From positions 379,951-443,950 of the forward strand of contig NW_003314340.1 of the NCBI RefSeq assembly GCF_000143415.4: 64,000 nt of DNA. The letters are read 5' to 3'. Shown in pieces: positions 12,705 through 25,904 of this stretch; the stretch's first letter is position 1; the number at the start of each line of letters is the position of its first letter. This DNA comes from Selaginella moellendorffii. Taxonomy: Eukaryota; Plantae; Lycopodiophyta. The notes beneath the pieces were generated by a model. That model searched no databases, was not told where the DNA came from, and saw nothing but the letters and a program-made list of their open reading frames with translations. A program made the position numbers and the translations under genes.

Positions 12705-13432
12705 ATGGCAATGCGAGGAGCAGCTGGTTCTTCGTTTTTCCAGAGCAGTAGCATAAGATTAGTCCAGCAGCAGCAGCGGCAGTGTCACAGGGATAGAAGC
12801 AGCGGCAAAGTTCTGCCTGTTAGAAGAGCAGCGACGATTAGAAGCAGTGGCAGCAGCGCGGAGAGCGTCCAAGCAAGAGATTTTGTGGCTTTGCCAAGAC
12901 CGAATTTGGAGGAGAGGCCTCCGAGGCTTTGCACTCTCAGAGCTTTCAGCCAAGATGGGGGCGACTCGGTGGCTATGGGGAGTGCGTGGGACTCGGCGAC
13001 TATCACCTCTTCCTCAGCTTTTCTCAAGCAACTGGCGGCGAGTGTCCAAGCCACAGCTCAAGCGCAGGACTTTGAAACGCTCTCGGGTCGCTTTGCAATG
13101 GTGAGATCTTTGATCTGTTCTCTTGTTTTTTGATTTCCCATTCATTCGCGGTGTTTGTTTTGATACAGGTTGCTTTCGCTGTGGCTTTAGGACTAGAGTT
13201 TGTGACAGGCAACAACGTGTTCAAGGGAATAGAAGTGAAAGAACTGGGTGAGACTTTAGGCTTCTCTGCAGCGTGTGTCATTTCCATGGCGGCTTTCAGT
13301 GCTGCTTGGGGGGCAAAGAAGCGAATCGGGCTCTACATGACAAAAGGCTGCCAAGATCTTGTCGAGTTCATCCTCACCGACACAATCGACGCCATTTTCT
13401 ACGACCAAGACGATGACCCCATGAAGTTGTGA
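12705..13432 (+). CDS. SEP2: Stress-enhanced protein 2, two-helix LHC-like, plastid; exons 12705-13100 and 13169-13432
   Basis: Transit-peptide-like N-terminus; DFETLSGRFAM|VAFAVALGLEFVTGNNVF chlorophyll-binding helix; second helix and acidic DAIFYD tail. Confidence 0.88.
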
Positions 13433-14883
13433 GTTAAAAATCTTACATTTAAAAAGCAAGCTAGCAGACACAACGGTCCTTTGACGCTTCCATCGAGTGA
13501 CTAAAGCTTGGGCTTGGCGAGACTCTTCCCTCTAAATCCTGTGTGAGGGGATTTGAGCGCTTGCTCCTGGGCTTGCAACTTCCAAGATCATCACTAAGCA
13601 CCTCCTTGCACATGGACTGTATCACAGTGCTTCCTTCGAAAGCTTTGGTGATCAGTTTGGTATTGGAGGTTGGTTGTGATGGTTGACCAAGCTGAATGCT
13701 GGAATCTTATTATTGATGGTGGTGTTGATAATGGTGCCGACGGAATTGTAGAAATTTGGATTATTCAAGATGTTATTCATGAGTTGCAAGCCTTTAATCT
13801 AAATCAATGGCATGATAGATACTGTGTTAAGGCACTTGAGGCTGGACATGGTAGCGCTTCAAGTAAACTTTCTTTGGTAGATTTTTAACTTGCACATCTT
13901 CCTCTGTGGATCTAGCAAAGAACAAGTGCCAGTTTTCGCCTTTTTTTGTTCTGTCGAAATACTTCTGGAGGAGTCTGGAATGATTTCTCCGAGAGCCCAG
14001 AGTGCCATCATGACGAGCTCAAGTAGTGATTTACAGCCACACTAATTATCACCACCAGTATCACCTTGATCACTCTCATGTGCTTCTCGTTTCTCATCCA
14101 CTTAAGCTTTGGCTCAGAAGCCCCAGCTTCTCCCCTTCTATTTGTCAAGAACCAATGGTGCAAGAACGAAAGCTTGGAATAGATGGGGAGATAACTCTAG
14201 GTACCTTTTCTTTCTCGTTCTTCCTCACATATCCTTCGCCTCAGAGCGTTTAGCAGCGAGCCAAAGTATAGTGAAAGAACCGTGCACGTCAGGTGATCAC
14301 ATTGTAAATCCGCTGTGGCCAGTTGCGTCAATGAAACTTCACTATATATTTGCATTGGACATTGTCTCTGTAAGAGGAGAGCAAAGACAAAAGCCAGACT
14401 GGAAAAAAAAAACAATCGACTACCTGAATAACAGCTAAAATGTGCGAGTGACTGTATCACTTTGGAATTGTTTGAACACACAGCACAGTTGAATGTGATG
14501 TGAAGAATGGTTGAATGGGATGTGAAGAATCCCTGCATGAATGTAATAGCATCATCAAGATCTCTTCCAAACAACCAGCAATATCACAAACCTTGCCATA
14601 TTGGATCTTCAGAGTTACGGCCTAGGTTGCAATAGAAACTCGCAAGCAATCTCCACAGCAGCAGGAGCTTTGCGATCTTCTACTGATGTGAATCTCATCA
14701 GTCTAACCACGGACCAAAACTCCACGGCCATCCAACAAAACCTGTAGCGTGTGGCCATACAAATGATCATACCATGGTATCATCTGGAGGATCATAATGT
14801 CGACGTACTCGACTGCCTCAATACCTGGAGAGTAACAGTCCCAAGCAGAACCATTATTAAACGAAATGACGATGGATCCCCTT

Positions 14884-15782
14884 AAGTTAAACCTTTTATT
14901 TGTAATATTTGACACACAAGTGGATCTCATAACGCTCATTGGTGAAATATAACTCTACTCCCAATATCAAATTATGCATTTTCATAGGCAATCCATTTAA
15001 TAATTGTTTTTAGATTATAATTAATTTAAAAGTTAGAGGATTAGCACTTTAAAAAAAAAGGCAGAAAATTTTAGGAATTTGGCACAATCCTTGATATGGA
15101 ATCACTAACAACACCTGGTTTTTGTAATACAAACATAGAAATGTACAACAAATGCAATAAAGATTTTATATGTGCTACAATGACACAAGATATAATTCTT
15201 CTCTTTTCCTTTGAGACCATTGCTATTAAGTTCTTTCTCAAATAAGCAAGAACAACAACATACTTAAAATTTTCAAAATTTCTCCTTCTGTTAGTTATTT
15301 TGATTTTAGTGCTGCCATAGATGGATGTACTAGTTATTAATTTACAAGGATTAAGTTAAAGGCTAAGGGAGTCTTTGAAAATGTGCAAAGACTTGCAATC
15401 TTAAAGTAGTGGCATAAATTCAATTATAAGGAATCCTAATGAAACTCCTGCAAATTATACTTTTTGTACCAACCAACAAAGAATAATACATAATAAGCAA
15501 ATGTATCTACCACTTTGTTAATAAAGATCAAATGGAACTAGGCAACCAGGAAAAGTGATTCCATATCAAGGATTGTACCAAATTCCTAAAATTTTCTGCC
15601 TTTGTTTTTAAAGTACTAATTCTTTGTTCTAAAATTTTAAATTAATTAAAATATATAAAAAATTATTAAATGGATTGCCTATGAAAATGCATAATTTGAA
15701 ATTGGGACACCAATGAGCGTGATGAGATCCAAATTACAATATCCTTTGTGTATAGAAAATTACAAATAAAAGGTTTAACTTT
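14884..15782. repeat. Foldback / long inverted repeat, ~235-bp arms (14884-15120 and 15544-15782); possible non-autonomous DNA transposon
   Basis: Arms are reverse complements, e.g. caaattatgcattttcataggcaatccatttaataatt versus aattattaaatggattgcctatgaaaatgcataatttg. No TSD identified. Confidence 0.8.
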
Positions 15783-17411
15783 GCTAGTTTAAACTAGCAA
15801 GGACCTGAGCTCTACTAAAAAAATTAGAATTGCAAAAGTTTTATATGATATTAATACTATTGAAAGTTAAATAGTAAATAGAAACTGTAAGTAAGTTTTT
15901 ATGAATATGGGAGGAATACATAATTGAATTTTATCATAGAAAATATCTGTAAGAGAATAAAATTCCCCAATTGTGAATATGGAGTCTATTGGTAAAAAAG
16001 TCAACTTATGCAACAGTAAAAAGCTCCTGTTATTATTACTACATGTTTTATAGTATTCATTGCAATGACAAAATTCCATAGTTCATAAGTATTAGCTATG
16101 ATTAGTATTTGATTAAATTTTTTCAAAAATAGCATCTTATAAGTATTTATCATTTATACATTTTTTTTTAACAATGTAGATATCTAATATAGTTAAATTA
16201 TCCTATATTTATACCCTCCAACCTTGCAAAGATTTCTTGTTAGGTGGATACTCCAAAAAAAAAATTGTGCTAGACACTTCTCCACACATCTAAAGATGTG
16301 TGTTAATCCTTGCCAGGACTCCTTAACTCTTAAGAGAAATTAAATACCAAGCTAACCAGTTACAACTTTTCAGGAAAAATACATACACCAAAGATGGGTC
16401 ACAAGAAGAAGAACCAACAGCTATGAGAGCAAACGCTATGAGATTAAAAGTCATTTCAAGATTAAACACAATCTGAAAATTTCCAGCGCATAAATAAAAA
16501 ATTGAGAAACATCTTGGTGGTGCAACCAAATACCTCTCTAAATCAAGAGTAGCACTAGACTATGGTGTTCCACAGCAAGAGATACTGGGGCTGTATGTCA
16601 CTGGACATAACTTATATTTGCTTTCAAGTTAAGAATTTATCAACATTAAATCATTACAAAAGAATTAAAAAAAGTTTTAAATTGATATAGAATATACCTG
16701 AATATTCTAGGTATATCCTTACACCCACTATGGTTTTAATCTTAAAATATTTTCATAAACTTTAATTCTAAATTTAAGGTATTAATTTAAATTTTAAGTT
16801 TACAGGCTCAATCCAAAGGCTCTGATTATTAATATTTTTATAATTAGTATTACAAAGTAGAATTTAAACTATTTATTCTAGAATTTAATTATCAGAGACT
16901 ACCATAAATTTCACCAACTTAAAACCAAAGATGATCCAACATTAAAAAATTACATATCTTATAAACATATATATAGATAAGGAATTAACATATTACTAAA
17001 GCTTTAAATAATAAATTCTTCTATAACCATTACTAGTAAATTATATAAGTTGAATAGTTGTTAATATTGAAATTATTTTGGTGCTCTTAAATTGTATATA
17101 AATTCTTATATTAATTAGTAATGAAATATAATAATAACTTTTTAAGCCCATGAAATTTAAGTAATCTTTCTCACATCATAAAAAATTAAAATAAATTCTT
17201 CTAGTCTAAATAAATTTGAATATGTAAACAAAAAAGTATATTAATGATAAAAATAAGATTTTTCTTCTAAAAACTGCTTCATTTTTCTGATCATACCCAA
17301 GTGTGAAATAAGAACAATTAATCCCCAAGTCGCACTACCGAGACAAAGCTCTTTTATATTCCTATCGAGCCCATAGAAACAATTCGACTTGCAGAATATG
17401 TGCAAGGACAG

Positions 17412-18816
17412 CTACCTCAAGGTGAGAAAAACGAGAAAAAAGACTACAACAAAGACCAGTATTGACATTGAAGGCGTGACCTTAAAAGTACTCTCCGTCC
17501 GCTCCGAGACCCTCAAACCTCCGCTCAAGGAAGTCGACAGAAAATACCTGAAAGAACCGCTTGCACAATTTTAAAGCTTTGAACAGAACCAAACTTTCTA
17601 CCTGTTGTCCTTGGAGAACTCGACGGCGGTAATAGCAAACGAGTGCGCGGATTTGACCCGTTGGACAACCTTGAGCGTCGCGGCCTCGACAACGAGAACA
17701 TCACCCTCCGAGCAGCCCCTGCTCAATCACACAGCTCACCAAGTTACTTCATCTCCGACCAAATGAATCAATCACCTACATTGCCAAGAGCTTGCCATCC
17801 GAGCTGACACTGAAGGCTGAGAAAGGATGCGTGCAAAACCTCTCCTTGCGTGTCTCTTTGGTTCTCCAGTCCTCACTCCAGTTGGTAATATGGCCTGCGC
17901 AGAGTAAGAACTACAACCGTCGAGAAAACATAGAGATTTAAACCTTTGCTTGATGCTACATGGAGTTGCGGCGTTGAACTCCTTGAGAACCAGCAGTAGC
18001 GTCCTTCCTCGGAAGGAATGACACGCAGATGATTGTCTCCATGGAGCTCCCACACGTAAGTTTTTCCACCACTTGTGGACGCAGCCAAGAGCGTTCCTTC
18101 CTCACTAACAAAGTCTGGTTATCAGCAACATCACTGAGAGCAAAACACGCCACCATACCTGAATTCGAGAGACTTAAACTCTGCCGATCCAATCTCACAC
18201 TGCTCGTCCACGAGAAGCTCCAACGAAGGCCATTTGTATACACGCAAGTGTCCATTCTAGTATAGAGAAAAGCACAAAGTGTTTGAGGTAGAAGTAGTAG
18301 CAAGCAAAAGAGGAAAACCAAACCATTCCCGCGGTTGCAAACATGGTGCCGTCCATGCTGAAGGCCATGGCAGTCTGCTCCTTCGCTATGACGATTTCGC
18401 GATGGGCGCTCTCTATACTCAAGTCCTCAGCCAAGCGAAAGAATTCCAGTTTCCCGTCGTGCCTAAACGAGTGTAAGTAGAAGAAAAAGGGAGGAAGAAA
18501 AAAACTGGAGCTTACCACTCATTGGCGATGAAGGAGCAAACAAAGTCCGTTCCATTGGGGTGGATCGCCAGATGATAAGGAGCGTCGAGGCCTGTGCTCC
18601 GTGTATACAGCTACAACCACATCGATCGATCGATTCAAAGCTCTACAATCTCCGCTAGGAATTTACCTGTTCCATCGCGGAGCCGGTCCATCGCGCGAGG
18701 ATGAGCATGTTGCCACGCCCGCTGCGCGTTGCCCCGCCTCCACCGCCACACACGACATAGCCATCCTTCGCCCACGCAGCACAAAACACGGGAACGCTCA
18801 AGGTGCTTCTCGCCAT
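17412..18816 (-). CDS. SEC12/PREB-like WD40 GEF for Sar1, multi-exon, C-terminal membrane anchor
   Basis: N-terminal VCGGGGGATRSGRGN K-loop-like motif; WD segments AMAFSMDGTMFATAG and SAHSFAITAVEFSKDNR; hydrophobic tail ILVFVVVFFLVFLTLR*. Confidence 0.82.
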
Positions 18817-19599
18817 TGCAAAAAGGAATTAGGGCTTTTGCGCCTATTATATGCGCGTTGAGATCCAACGGTGGTGATTGAGAACGAGGAAAGTGGCGGG
18901 AAAGGCATGTCGTAATGGAACAGGTCCGATCGATCTGGTAGCTTTTCAAGGTTTTGCTGCAATGGATGCGATTAAATAGAGCCACATCAAGTTCACACGC
19001 CCGGTATCAGAACCGTCGATCTCAAATCGTGACGTTAGTTGAGGAAGCTCATCTGAAAATGGGATATTGAAATTATAGAGCCTATCTTTATCTGTAATAA
19101 TATTTGAAGCTACATTGATGTAGATTCTTTCATTATCAAGATCTCAAACTACATATTTATAATACTTCTCTGATTATTTCTAAATTTGAGAGAATACATG
19201 GCTGATAATAATATTCTTGAGAATACACTGATCTTGAAAGTGTTTTCACGAACAAAATCATTGAAATGGAGAGCAGCAATCCAAAGAAAACGTTGATTTA
19301 GAGATTGTTCCAGTGGCATTAAAATTCATTTCTTACTAATATGTTTAAATAAATAATATTCTCACAGATTAATAATTTAATATGCAACCTACCAAAAAAT
19401 CCAGGAGTCTCGTTCCCCTGTCGTAGAGGACTTTTCATTGTAGTTTTTCTTACGTCGCATGTTTTTGGTTTGCTTAATTACGGGATTTTGAGCAGCTCGA
19501 AAACAGGAGAGAGGGACGCACAATGACAGTTCTACTCTGAATCGATCGTTAATAAGCACAATGTTCCACCTTCCAATTCTCGGCTGCTCAGACACATCC

Positions 19600-21752
19600 T
19601 TGCCCACAAGCAAAACTAATCTCCGAGCTTGGAAACAGGCGCAATGGCCTCTTCTCGCTATGGCTACATGCCGAGTCTTTCTTCTCGGCCTCGTCAATGT
19701 TGTGAAGAACGCTGGAAGATCCAGATCCTTGAGCTTGGTCACCATCTCTCGGACCTTTGCTAGGATCTCCCGGCTCTGGGGGTGGCGGCCAGCGTCTCCA
19801 GCCACGAAGCTATGCACGAGGCCGGAGTTATCATCCGACCACCATCTTCCATGCTCGGGCCTCGCCTCTCATCATCTCCACCTCGTTTTGCTCCTCCCAC
19901 ATCTCCAAGCTCGCGTAGATGTTCGCCATGAGAGTGTAGTGCGAGGCGTTTCTCCTGTCCAGCAGCATCAATGCGTTGAAAGCTCGTCTCCCGATCGCAG
20001 CGTTCTTCCACTTCCGGCTGGCCGCCAAGACTGTTCTCCAGGCCAGCACGTTGGCCTCGAAAGGCATCGTCTCCGTCACTCTCACTGCCGCCTCGAGCTC
20101 GCCTCCACGACCAAGTATGTCGATCAGGCAAATGTAGTGCTCCATCGCTGGAGCAACGCCGAATCTCGACTGCATGGACGCTAAGTAGCTCTTCCCCCGA
20201 TCGGTGAGACCTGCGTGGCTGCAAGCCGTGAGGATGGAGACGAAGGTGACGCCGTCGGGACGCAAGCCATCGTCGTGGATCATCCTCCAGACGCTCTGGA
20301 ACACGCTATCAGTGTCACCTTGGCGGCTGTATCCGGCGATGAGAGCGCTCCAGGTGACGAGCGTCCTGGCGGGGAGTGCGTCGAAGAGCTGCTCGGCCTC
20401 GACGATGCTGCCGCATTTGCAGTAGAGATCCACCAAGCAGTTTGCAAGGAGCTCCTGGCACTCGAGGCCACACTGAGAGGCGAGACCGTGGAGCTTCTTC
20501 CCGGACTTTAGCGAGCCGGAGCTTCCACAGGCCCTGAGCAGCGCGGAGAAGAACGGAGGATCGAGCAGAAGGAGCGTTTGATCCGAGGAGTGGATCATCC
20601 TGCCGAAGAATATCTCGAGTGCAACGTCCGCCTCGCCACTCTCAGCGTAGCCTTGCATGAGAGCCGTCCACGAGACCACGTCTGGAGGCTGCTTCATGCT
20701 CTCAAACGCTCGTCTGGCGTCCTCCATGCTTCCACACTTGGAGTACATGTCCACGAGCGAGCTGGCGACGAAGCTATCGTTGCAAAACCCAGCCTTGATC
20801 GCTCCAGCGTGAATTCTCATCCCCTTCTCCAGGTGGTCGATCTTCACAAGCTTCCCACCGATGTGATCTGTGGCCTCGTCTTTCGTGGCAAGAAGGCTGC
20901 AAGCTTTGAGAGCCGCCATGAAAACTCTCCCATCTGGGGAGCAGTGGCTTTCCTCGTCGCCGTCTTGGATCATCCGGAAGAAGAGATCCATCGCTAGCTT
21001 TGCGTCGCCACACTCGACGTAGCCGAGCAGCAGGGAAGTCCACGAAACCACGTCTCGAGCGGCCATCCTATCGAAAACCATCCGAGCGTCCAAGGAGCTG
21101 CCACACTTCGTATAGATGTCCACGAGAGCGTTGGTGATGAAAGCGTTGGAGTAGCAGCAGCGAAGCGTGGACACTGCCCGAGAGTGGATCTCCATCGCCG
21201 TGCTAAGCGCCCGGACCTTGACGAGCTTGCCATGGATTCCTTCCGGAGCTTCCCTCGCTGCCAAGCTCGAGCAGGCCTTGAGAGCCGCCACGAAAGCTCT
21301 CGAGTCCGGCGATGGTGTTGCGGAGCTCTCATCCTCCTCACTTCCATCGTCTTTTCTCATCCGGTGGAAGAGCTCCAGCGCGATCTCTCCCCGCCCAGCC
21401 TCGGCGTAGCCCAGCATGAGATTGACGAAGGAGGCGGCGTCGCGGCGGGGCATGGCGTCGAAAACCCTGTGAGCGTCGACGAGGCTGCCGCATTTGGCAT
21501 ACATGTAGATGAGAGCTCCGCCCACGCGAGTGGTGGAGCTGAAGAGCGCGCTGGCGATGGCGTCGCTGTGGAGCCTCTTGCCCCGCTCCAAATCCCTCGA
21601 CGCCGCGCAAGCCTTGAGCGCCGTGAGGAGCTCGCGAGCCGCGGGCCTGTAGCTGGCGATGGCATCGCTGTGGAAATCTCTCGCGAGTGAGCGCTCGGCG
21701 CGAGGGAATGCGGCAGAGAACTCAACTCCCAATCGTTTGGCCCAAAAATCAT
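19600..21752 (-). CDS. PLS-class PPR protein (main ORF 19831-21732) with E domain; E+ and DYW remnants out of frame; start context frameshifted
   Basis: Repeated MYAKCGS..DA..VFD.M..RDVVSW motifs and E-domain MPFEANVLAWRTVL. HSFVAGD..HPQSREI and SHSEK appear downstream in other frames. ATG at 21752 is out of frame by one T compared with the paralogue ATG at 45726. Confidence 0.88.
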
Positions 21753-21889
21753 AACCTAAGAGAAAGTCGAATCTTTAAACGTCCAAGAGCATATTCGTAT
21801 AGACATCGTAGAATATCCTTATATTCCACGAATAACGAATATCCATATTTAGTGCCGGTCCGTCAAACTTTGACGATGACTTGAAGTCC

Positions 21890-22770
21890 TTATCGAACAA
21901 GGCTAGAAAATGCGCTGCCAATAGAGCCCTGGTACATCTCTGGACCCGTTCAGAGGCTTTGGTCGAGGCTCCAAAGTCCTCAGAATTCCCACTGGTACAT
22001 AAAATTTCTTGCAAGGCTCTTTTGATTGTTTGTTTTTTCCCATGTTGCAAATCTCCAGACTAGAGCATTCTCAAAGCACCTGGCAGAGAAAGTTTGCAGG
22101 ATTTCTCTCATCGGTCGAGGCTGGTGACGAGTATCTGCTGGAATCTATACTTTTGACAATGTAGAAAAACAGTGGTAAGTCAAGTCTTATGTTTGCTAGG
22201 AAGAAAGCTTAATTGGTGTTACTACAAGATCCCTGGCTACTGCAAAGAAGATTTCTATGGAGAGGAAGGTTGTTGTTGGCTACATTAGTGTCGAAGTACC
22301 TAGTTCATGATTTTAAATGGAAGTAACAGTTCCTTTGACAAACTTGGGCCAAAGGAAGAAGAAATTAAACACACTTAACATTTTCCCAGTGTTTTTTACT
22401 ACTCCTTAAGATCTAAGTGTTTCAAGTTGTAGAAGGACAAATCTTTCCAAGGATCTCCTCCAAATCATTTTAACGAATTGCTGGAAAGAGTAGTCATTAC
22501 AAATTTGAGCTCACAAGCTCAAAAGTCAGCAAAAGTCCATATACGGTGGCGCTAGCGAGTGAAGAGATCAAGATCATCAAGAGAGTGCTGCCACGATCCA
22601 TGGCTGGAATTGGAGATGCAAAACACCGGTGGTAAATTGGTTTAAAAGCTCTAGAAAAAGTTGACCTCGTGCATGCGGAGTTAGACTTTTCAAGATCGAA
22701 CTCAACCATGACTTTGAGACTTAAGATAGAATCTTGCAAGCACAGGTGTTCTTATGTTTCCATTCGAGGA
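21890..22770 (+). pseudogene. Duplicated fragment of the FHY/RFK 3' exons, introns and 3' flank
   Basis: aatgcgctgccaatagagccctggtacatctctggacccgt and following sequence match 50667 onward, with deletions; cacaggtgttcttatgtttccat matches 51628-51650. Confidence 0.85.
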
Positions 22771-23744
22771 ATCTTGGACAGGCTGCATGTGACTCCTTGG
22801 CATCTACACTCTTAAAGGATGAGGTTGTGGTTCTTTTGCAGTTTCGATCCAATCTGAAGAGCAATATAACCTGAATTTTAAACACCATCCAATGTAGATA
22901 TACCCGTATATTTACTGCATAAAAAATCAAGCTAGAATTTTTTTACTGAAGGTTGTAAAAGGCAGGAAGGCACTACATAGAAACCATGTGGGCATAATTA
23001 CATACCACATTGTCTCTACCACTTCCACTCATGATTAACGCCTGATCCAAGCTTGAATCTAAGCCTATATCATGTCTAGTTAGTCTAAATGAAGAGTTGA
23101 TGAGAAAAATATACAAAAAATTCATCAATTAAGTACCCAAAATGTTATTCTTGGTTTTGGCCTTACTTGCACACACTCTTCCTCATTGCTATGGCTTCAA
23201 TCTTGCCACTAACATGTGGTTTTAGTGATGAACTACTAGGCTCCCACTTCTGGTACTACTAGGCACTTGATTCTCCATAAACACTCTAACTTTAGGATTG
23301 AAGTGGTTAATATTGAAATAAGATCGCTTTCAGAATCTGATTTCTAATACTTATGTGAATAATTCATGCAAAATCTGATATTTCTTCTGCCAACCCGCCC
23401 ACCATTAGTGTCACAAGGTAATCTTAATTATCATTTCCATGAAACTTCAAAACTATGAGCACAAAGTTAATATTTCTTTCATTAAGAGTTTTAGTTAAAT
23501 GGCTTGATCACGACTCTAAGTATTAGATAAAGTATTGTAATCAAGAGGCTCATCCTCCCATTTGTCACTAGCCTTCTAGCCAACAAGTGCTATACTCCTT
23601 TCAACTTCAATCATCATAAGATTGCCAAGATTGCCTATAATTAAAGAGTCAATTGCTTTGATACTATGAAAATATTGGAGAGATGCATATAAAGAGGAAA
23701 AACTATGTATCTCAATTGTATATGGATGGGTATATAATGACCAT

Positions 23745-24758
23745 ATGGGCCTCTAAAAATCATTATGGAAATCTTTTATGAATGAGCATTTGATGCAAAA
23801 AAAAGTTTTAGTGCAAAAAATCATAACTTAAGAGAAAAGTAAATCTTTAATGTCCCATTAACATATTTGTATAGGCACATATTTATTCTCCACAAATAAA
23901 GAATATCTAAATTTCAAGTGGGCTTTATTCTTACTTTGCTATCAGCTGCCACAACTCTTCTCTCCTCCCACTTGGCACAATAATGAGAAAATTGTTATAT
24001 CATTCATTAAAATGAAATTCATAGCAATAGTGTTATAAAATCATAATGTAAAGCTTGATAAGTGGGATATAAACCAAAATTGCATGATTCCAGTGTTTAG
24101 AGGCTACATTTTTCAAGTTTTTAGTATACATTGTTTTATTCTTGTAATGGTTGAACTTGGAATGCCTCTCATAAGCCTAGTAAACACATTTTTGCTAATA
24201 AAGGAAATATACTTGCAAAAGTTATTTTTAACAAATATGTAGAAGAATTTGGCCTCTTAGACATTGTGGAATGTAAATAAAAAATTCTTCTAATTTATAG
24301 TTTTTATTGGTTATTAAGCCAATGCTCTAACACCATTTTCTTTGTAGAGAAAATTGTGGATAGAATTTGCAAAAAGTTTATGTTAGCTAAATATAAGAAA
24401 TAGTGGGATAGAAGGAATCTAGAAAAGTAGTTTAACAAGAAACCTTTCTAAGTTGCAATGGCAATTGTGAAGGATTATGATTTAGAGCAATTTTTGTGGA
24501 TGTAATGCTAGTAAAACTTTTTATAGCTTTATTTTTTCTAAATTTTCTTATAGAAAAGCTTATTGCATATTCAAAGCATTTATTTACATATTAAAATCTT
24601 TTATGCTTGACTAAAACTCTTTTAATGATTGTGGCTAGGAAGAATCTAAGCATTCTCCACAAATATAAGTGTTCCATTTTGGATTGTACTTTCGAAATAA
24701 AAATAATTTTCTTATTCTTGTATGATTTAATGGCCCCCTTTGTCATGAAAGACTCTTC
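23745..24758 (+). pseudogene. Hypermutated AT-rich relic of PPR 5' end, promoter, LMW-PTP and FHY/RFK 5' half
   Basis: 24014-24118 aligns without gaps to 48205-48309. 24205-24290 matches 48417-48500, 24320-24760 matches 49740-50385, and 23745-23880 matches the PPR start region 21640-21805. Confidence 0.85.
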
Positions 24759-24844
24759 TGTAAGGAACTAACTCCCCAAGGTGTCGTACGCTAAAGGATC
24801 CTCGAAAGCATGACTGAAATGATAAAGAGTTCATCGGATGGGAC

Positions 24845-25103
24845 CAAGTCCGAGATCGTGTCCAAGACTGACTCTGAGACCGAGTTTAAGATAGAGTCCG
24901 AGATTGAGTCCGAGGCCGACTCCGAGACCAAGTTCGAAACTGAGTTTGAGACCGAGTCCGAGATCTGAGAATGGGTCTGAGACCGAGTTTGAGTTCGAGT
25001 TTGAGGTCGAGTCTAAGATTGGGTCCGAGGTCGGGTCCAAGACTAAGTCCGAAGTCAGGTCCGAGATCGAGTCCAAGATTGAGTTCGAGATCGAGTCCAA
25101 GTA
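24845..25103 (+). repeat. Degenerate hexamer array (TCCGAG/CCGAGT-like) inside the chromovirus 5' LTR
   Basis: Roughly 40 six-bp units such as gtccgagatcgagtccaagattgagttcgag; equivalent array at about 30163-30416 in the 3' LTR. Confidence 0.85.
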
Positions 25104-25272
25104 CTAATATGTGTCAAGGGGTGAAAGCCCAAAGCGTGCGTCTCCCAAGGGCGGGGGGGGGGGGGGGGGGGGGTTTAAATAATTTTCCCAAGTCATTTAG
25201 GCTTTTAGTTTGGTTCCGGGGGCCCAAAAAACCGGCTTGAACGAAAGTTTCCGGGTTGGCTCCCCACTTAAT

Positions 25273-25904
25273 NNNNNNNNNNNNNNNNNNNNNNNNNNNN
25301 NNNNNNNNNNNNNNNNNNNNNNNNNNNNNNNNNNNNNNNNNNNNNNNNNNNNNNNNNNNNNNNNNNNNNNNNNNNNNNNNNNNNNNNNNNNNNNNNNNNN
25401 NNNNNNNNNNNNNNNNNNNNNNNNNNNNNNNNNNNNNNNNNNNNNNNNNNNNNNNNNNNNNNNNNNNNNNNNNNNNNNNNNNNNNNNNNNNNNNNNNNNN
25501 NNNNNNNNNNNNNNNNNNNNNNNNNNNNNNNNNNNNNNNNNNNNNNNNNNNNNNNNNNNNNNNNNNNNNNNNNNNNNNNNNNNNNNNNNNNNNNNNNNNN
25601 NNNNNNNNNNNNNNNNNNNNNNNNNNNNNNNNNNNNNNNNNNNNNNNNNNNNNNNNNNNNNNNNNNNNNNNNNNNNNNNNNNNNNNNNNNNNNNNNNNNN
25701 NNNNNNNNNNNNNNNNNNNNNNNNNNNNNNNNNNNNNNNNNNNNNNNNNNNNNNNNNNNNNNNNNNNNNNNNNNNNNNNNNNNNNNNNNNNNNNNNNNNN
25801 NNNNNNNNNNNNNNNNNNNNNNNNNNNNNNNNNNNNNNNNNNNNNNNNNNNNNNNNNNNNNNNNNNNNNNNNNNNNNNNNNNNNNNNNNNNNNNNNNNNN
25901 NNNN
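25273..25904. other. Assembly gap (632 N)
   Basis: Run of n; the sequence just before it, including a poly-G run, may be low quality. Confidence 1.

Noticed and set aside
13500-14880. Exon-like, moderately GC-rich sequence after SEP2
   Set aside because: Several short frames but no family motif I can recognise; needs a translated search.
22800-23660. Possible hypermutated F-box relic (AIDSL..AILAIL on the minus strand), positioned like the F-box at 46.6-47.9 kb
   Set aside because: Similarity is limited to a few residues; I could not build a convincing alignment by eye.
24845-25103. Repeat array as a possible CRISPR or Ser/Pro/Arg-rich protein
   Set aside because: Simple 6-bp periodicity with no spacers, inside an LTR of a eukaryotic genome.
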